A stretch of 64,000 nt of DNA from Lepidodermella squamata (lineage: Eukaryota; Animalia; Gastrotricha), in assembly GCA_047495785.1 (NCBI GenBank), contig JBLDXI010000024.1:4836001-4900000 (forward strand). Reading direction: 5' to 3'. Shown here piece by piece: positions 59,001 through 64,000 of this stretch (its first letter is position 1; every line of letters begins with the position of its first letter). The notes under the pieces were generated by a model. The model did no database searches. It was given only the letters and a program-made list of their open reading frames with translations, and was not told the DNA's origin. A program made the position numbers and the translations under genes.

Positions 59001-60013
59001 GCACCCGCATGAGCAATTTAACCGGCGAACAGTAAGTTCCGAAAAATATCACATTTTTTTAAATATTTTTTCAAATTTATAATTTCGAAAATAGTCAGTT
59101 TGTGAATTATGAAAAATTTGAAAATTTCAATTTCGAAAAAATCCAAAATTTCAAATTTCATTTTTTTCAATTTAAAAATATTTTAACCCATACTTTAATT
59201 TATCCAATTCCAGCAGCCACATGCCCTTCCTCTTGTATGTGACTGTCATATAATATCATGTGGAAAAATGATGTAAATAGCGGCACGTGTGAAATGAATT
59301 TTTCAGGTGTTTTAAGCACTTTTATTATTGTTGTAAGATTGATTTTTTCTGTGCATTTTTTCCGATGATTTTTCTGTGTGTTCTTTATAGCTTTCCGAAT
59401 TGCACCCGTGCGTGGCGGGCGCAGATAGTGCCGAAAACGAATCTCGTGATACTGGTTGTGGACAACACGTGCATCTGCGAGCGCAATCTCGACATTGTGA
59501 AAATTCTCGAGAACAAGACGCTCGAGTACGAAAACGACGACGAACAGTGCCAAATGCTCAAGATGCCCCGCGAACGCCGCCTGCCTAGCAAGTGCGCCAG
59601 TGATAATCCACATGTAAGATTTTTACAATAATTATATAGAAAAATATATCGATAAAAAATGTATCCTCAAGTCACCTTTTAAATTAATTCTAATAATTTT
59701 AAAATTTGAGGGAAAAATATTAAAATTTTGAAATTCGAATTTCTGAAAAATTTAAATTTTGGAATATAAATTTTTGGAAATTTTAAAATTAACTGACATT
59801 TTTAAATTATGATTGATAGCATGGGAGAACATATTTTTTTTAATTTATCGAGAATATTTTTTACGATTTTAATCTTTGTTTTAGGAAAATGTCGAAAAGT
59901 GTACAGACGGCGGTGTGAGATCAACGTGGGCGTCTATGTGGCTGCTAACCGCAACGCTGGCGATCACTGCTCTGCTCCGCAACTCAATATTATGCACCAG
60001 CAATAGCGCATGA
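50022..60013 (+). CDS. CACNA2D: Voltage-gated calcium channel alpha2delta subunit
   Basis: About 18 exons (e.g. 50022-50303, 50563-51399, 52072-52422, 53865-54161, 54644-55256, 55412-, 59391-59613, 59885-60013). WQYFGS..G..R.FPG, DCR..WY, VWA MIDAS DTSGS, IMLITDG, Cache GFVLFHPD, CYLLDDNGYI, hydrophobic GPI-type tail. Confidence 0.93.
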
Positions 60014-60768
60014 TTCCAGATACCACCTACCTGCCTGCCTGCCTGTAGGCGATAACTATAGAGCGATGCGATCGGAATTCGAAATAATATCATCAATTTT
60101 TTCAAGCTGTAATACAATATTACATCTGTGTTTTTATTTCAGTCATTTTTTTCTACGCAATTAACAATGTGTGAATCGAATAAAAAAAATATTTGAACAT
60201 GTGCCAAGTTTGTTTTTAAGGATGCACTTTGGTTGCCAGCCAAGAAATAGGCAATTTTTATTGGTTAATTAAGGGTGTTTTACCGAATCGATTAAAACCG
60301 AACGCAACTTTTGCCTTTACGATTTTTTCTTACTTATAGCAGAATCAATTAGTGCTTGAGCATTATCTCAATGAATAATTAATGGCTTAAGCTAGTCGCT
60401 CATCGCACTCGATGCTGGCCGCTACAACAAAAGCGAGCGCCCTCTCCTTCTTCGAAAGCTATAAGGACAGGGATGACCGCGTATAAAAGCAAATAACAAG
60501 ACACCTCTTATTATTTTCTTCGCCTTTTGACCTTACATGATTATCGCCGCTGCATATATCATATCTTGTTTTTGCAAACATACCACATATATTGAATTTT
60601 ATTATTATTATCATCATCATACTAGTAAAAATATATGTCATGTATTCGATGTAAGTATACTTAGAGAATGCACAGCGCAGTGCAAATTCGATTTTCTGTA
60701 CCAAGTAGAAAATTAGTTTACTCAGGCTCGCGTAGAAATGGCAATAATTAACATGGCCAGATATCACT

Positions 60769-60792
60769 ATCATCATCATCATCATCATCATC
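60769..60792 (+). repeat. (ATC)n microsatellite
   Basis: About 8 tandem ATC units. Confidence 0.8.
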
Positions 60793-62892
60793 AAATAAGA
60801 CGGCCTGTGATAATATACTCCAAAAAGAAATTATTGTTGTTCGCAATTTTTCTCTTCATTTTTTCTATTTTTTTTTCATAACAAAAGGTGACTAAAATGT
60901 TGAGGTAACAGCTAAAATGCGATGTTTATTTTTTTCCTCATTCTCCTAAAAGAGGCTATTCATATTCTCTCTATAATATTGCAACTTGTGTGAGAGAGAG
61001 AGGCTAAATTATCATATCATTGAAATGAGCGGCGCTTTTGGGTAAATAAAAATAATAATAAATCGCGGCTTTATTGTTATTTAATTATTTATTCCCGGGA
61101 TTGCCACCAGTCGCGCCGCACTATATCATTACTTATTATTATTATTGTTTAGAGAGTCACACTGCTGGTAATATATCCTCGGAAGAAAAATATTTCGTTT
61201 CATCTTCAAAAACTGCGCACTTTTTATGAATCCGGACGCAAAATGTGTGTCTATGTCTCATCCTCGTGACGATGATATATTATTTATCTATATATCCATT
61301 ATTTGCTGCTCCATTTTTGCGCGCACTGAATTGCGCGCACGCGTTTTTGCGCTAATTACGGTGTGTGCGCGCACCTTGCTATACGGCGATGATTGCTGAT
61401 CAACGCGCACTGTTTATTCTTCGCCGCACACAAGTATAAACACTTGTAATTTATATTTATATCGAAAAATAAATTATTAACTCGATACTCATTTGTTTTC
61501 CGCACACCGGTGAGATGAGCAATGTTTTTCATCATCATCAAATTCCGGGATATTCTTTTTTTAGGGTGAGTAAATATATCGTGTAAAGCAAATTTATTTA
61601 TGGTAATTATTATTACCTATATAATATTATCTAGGCGAGCGGAAGTGCTTCACCTCGCGCGGCACTTCTATGAGACAGCGGGCTATATTTCCTAAAATCA
61701 GGTATTATATCAAGTAAGTAAAATAACGCCTGTTTTTTGCGTAAAATTTCGTCGCCGCGCCTTATTACACGTCTGTAGGCCTGTGTTTATATTACAGCTA
61801 AAAGCCCAGGTGCAATCACTCTCATTACGGTGATATCAGGCTCCGTGTCAAATAAAGCGGCGAAGTGTCCACGCTAGGGCGACTCGTTTTTACACGCGTG
61901 TAGCTTGTGGTTAATTAGCCGGTTCGATGTTCGCTATATGATCCGTATATTATGTAGATAACCCTCCTACATATCGAGAAATTCACATCCTTTTTCAGCC
62001 CAAAATCGTCGGTCAAATTGTTTCAAACAATTCTTAGACATTTTATTCGAATTTTAAGATTTTTCCTTGCCTTCCTTGTTTTTCAGGCATCTTAACCTAA
62101 ACTAACTAAATACCCGGTTATTTTTTATTTCTTGTACCGGTATTCATTGATATATTATATTACTTGATCATTTCTTATATTAATTTTACGTAAAATCACG
62201 CAATTTTCTTCGAAAATGATTAATTTGTATTTTTATGTCAAACATTAGCCGTAATATTTTATTTTTTTTCCATCGATTGATTTATACCCGATTTTCTCCG
62301 CGCGCTCAGGTGCGCAATTTTTTATATGACCTTCAATATTTAATTCTGCAACTTTCTTACCTTTTTACCTATTTTTTGAAAATTGGTAAATTCTGAATTT
62401 TTATAAATTGAGTCGAAAAATCATTTTTCCACATCTTTCCAATCAGCTGATCAGTGCATTACGCTGCGTCTAGACGCGATAAGGCTCATATAAATGACTC
62501 ACACTTTAATTAACCTCGTCCATTCGATATTTTCATGTAAAACATGAGTTTCCTCGCCAAAGATTTCCTCGCCATTTTCATGTTCAGCACATGGGAAATT
62601 ATTCCATTTTTAAAGGTATTTCTGAAGTGTTCATGGCAACAATTTTTCTACTCGATTTTTCTGCCTATAAAATTAGGGAGCAGTTGTAATCAATTCATTC
62701 GATTCCGTCTATCGATTGATACGTGTCTTCGCAAAGAATTATTAATTACGTTGACCTATATATCGATTGTCTATTATTAATTCATTGATCTAGGTCATTT
62801 TCAATGAGCACGTGACCTGACCTTGCGGTTTCTTTTTTACAAAGTGCGTCTAGTCATCGCTATGCAGTCAAAATAGCAGAAGCAGAAGCAGC

Positions 62893-63882
62893 ATGCCGTC
62901 GCGCTTCATTGCGCTCGCGCTCGTTGCGGCGAGCGTCGCGACCGGGGCCGTGCGTGGCGGCGTGCGCAAGGCGATCCGCGAACGGGCCGACGCCGTGGCG
63001 CCGTTGCCGCAGCCCAGGACCGCCGCGACGGCCGCCTCGCCGCAGTTCTACGTGCCGCCCGACTACAACGCCCAGCCGGCCGCCTACTACGCCCAGGCAC
63101 CGTACTACTACGACTCGTATGCAAGCAGCGGCAATGGCCTCGTCGGATCGGCTGGCAATACTGCCGGGGTCATTGGGGCGAGTCCGAGCGTGGCACCATT
63201 GTCAACGCGATCGGAGGTAATTTTAGTGTCAAATGAAAGAAAATTATTGATTTCTAAGAAATTCTTGGAACAGTAAGGGCTAAGGTTATGGGGTCTTGGA
63301 CCATTTAATTCCTAATAATAAATTAATTAAATTCCATATTAATTATTTATAAATTTGTTTATTTATGAATGTATTTTTTTCGTTTTTTTCAAATTTATAA
63401 ATTCATTAAAAATTAATTTAATTTATTTCTTTATGATAATTTATGATAATATTTATTTTAAGGTGCTGACCATGCCAGGTGATATTATTTTCGGAGGGCT
63501 GTTTCCAATCCACGAGCAGGACGCGGTGAAGGGATGCGGGCGCATTGATCCGGAACGCGGCATTCAACGCCTCGAAGCTATGCTGTTCACCCTCGATAAA
63601 ATCAACAAAAATTTCACGAATCTACTACCCGGCATTCGGCTCGGCGCCCTAGTTATGGACACGTGCGGGTCGGACTACATCGCGCTCGAGAGGTCGTTGG
63701 AAATTGTTCAAACAGCTGGGGCGACTGATGCGCTATCGGTATCGGCCGGGCAGCGGCGCGACTACTCGACGTGTCTCAGGCAGCAGCAGGCCTCGGCGGA
63801 ACGGGCTGACAAAAATAACAAGCTAGGCCTAGGACTGATGCCGGGGCTAGTCGGAGCGGCTTCAAGTACAGAGTCAATACAA
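62893..63882 (+). CDS. GRM: Metabotropic glutamate receptor (class C GPCR), 5' part
   Basis: Exons 62893-63216 and 63463-63882. Signal peptide; GDIIFGGLFPIH, GIQRLEAMLFTLDKIN, LLPGIRLG..DTC, VGAASS..SIQV. Continues beyond the window. Confidence 0.92.
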
Positions 63883-64000
63883 GTGAGTGTCTGAATTATT
63901 GGGACACATTTGGGACTAAGAACACAAAGTCAGGAAATATTTTCAAATTTTCAAAAATTTTCGAAAAAATTTAAAAAAATTTGAATTTTTAGGGATCGAT

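Noticed and set aside
2664-63882. Functional neuro-lipid signalling cluster (Gi, NAPE-PLD, alpha2delta, mGluR)
   Set aside because: The theme is attractive, but unrelated genes intervene and there is no evidence of co-regulation; proximity is likely coincidental.
1-64000. CRISPR arrays, rRNA, snRNA or an SL RNA gene
   Set aside because: No repeat-spacer array or recognisable rRNA/snRNA/SL sequence was found by eye.

Overview
Intron-containing animal (invertebrate; taxon not determinable) genomic DNA. Left arm: last exon of an orphan Cys/Pro-rich GPI-type protein and a 5-exon G-alpha-i gene (minus). Then a tightly packed plus-strand run: a PQBP1 homolog that appears split into two ORFs (WW half and C-terminal half), TSR1, and five NAPE-PLD-family metallo-beta-lactamases, with a sixth copy further on. 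Two ~100-bp spacers in this run have a stop-AATAAA-U-rich-AG-ATG layout suggesting a trans-spliced operon. From ~30 to 47 kb there are three partly duplicated tRNA clusters (27 tRNA genes or pseudogenes plus 2 fragments, all standard anticodons). They are interleaved with a Ly6/three-finger gene, NAPE-PLD copy 6, a catalytically dead astacin-EGF-CUB-kringle gene and an atlastin/GBP-like ORF with one in-frame stop. Mobile-element relics include a minimal hammerhead ribozyme inside a 48-bp inverted repeat with an 11-bp target-site duplication (Penelope-like), a Helitron-like ORF in an intron, LINE fragments and several MITEs. Right arm: a calcium-channel alpha2delta gene and the 5' end of a metabotropic glutamate receptor. 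All gene models were assembled by eye from splice signals and reading frame; family assignments rest on recalled motifs, not database searches.
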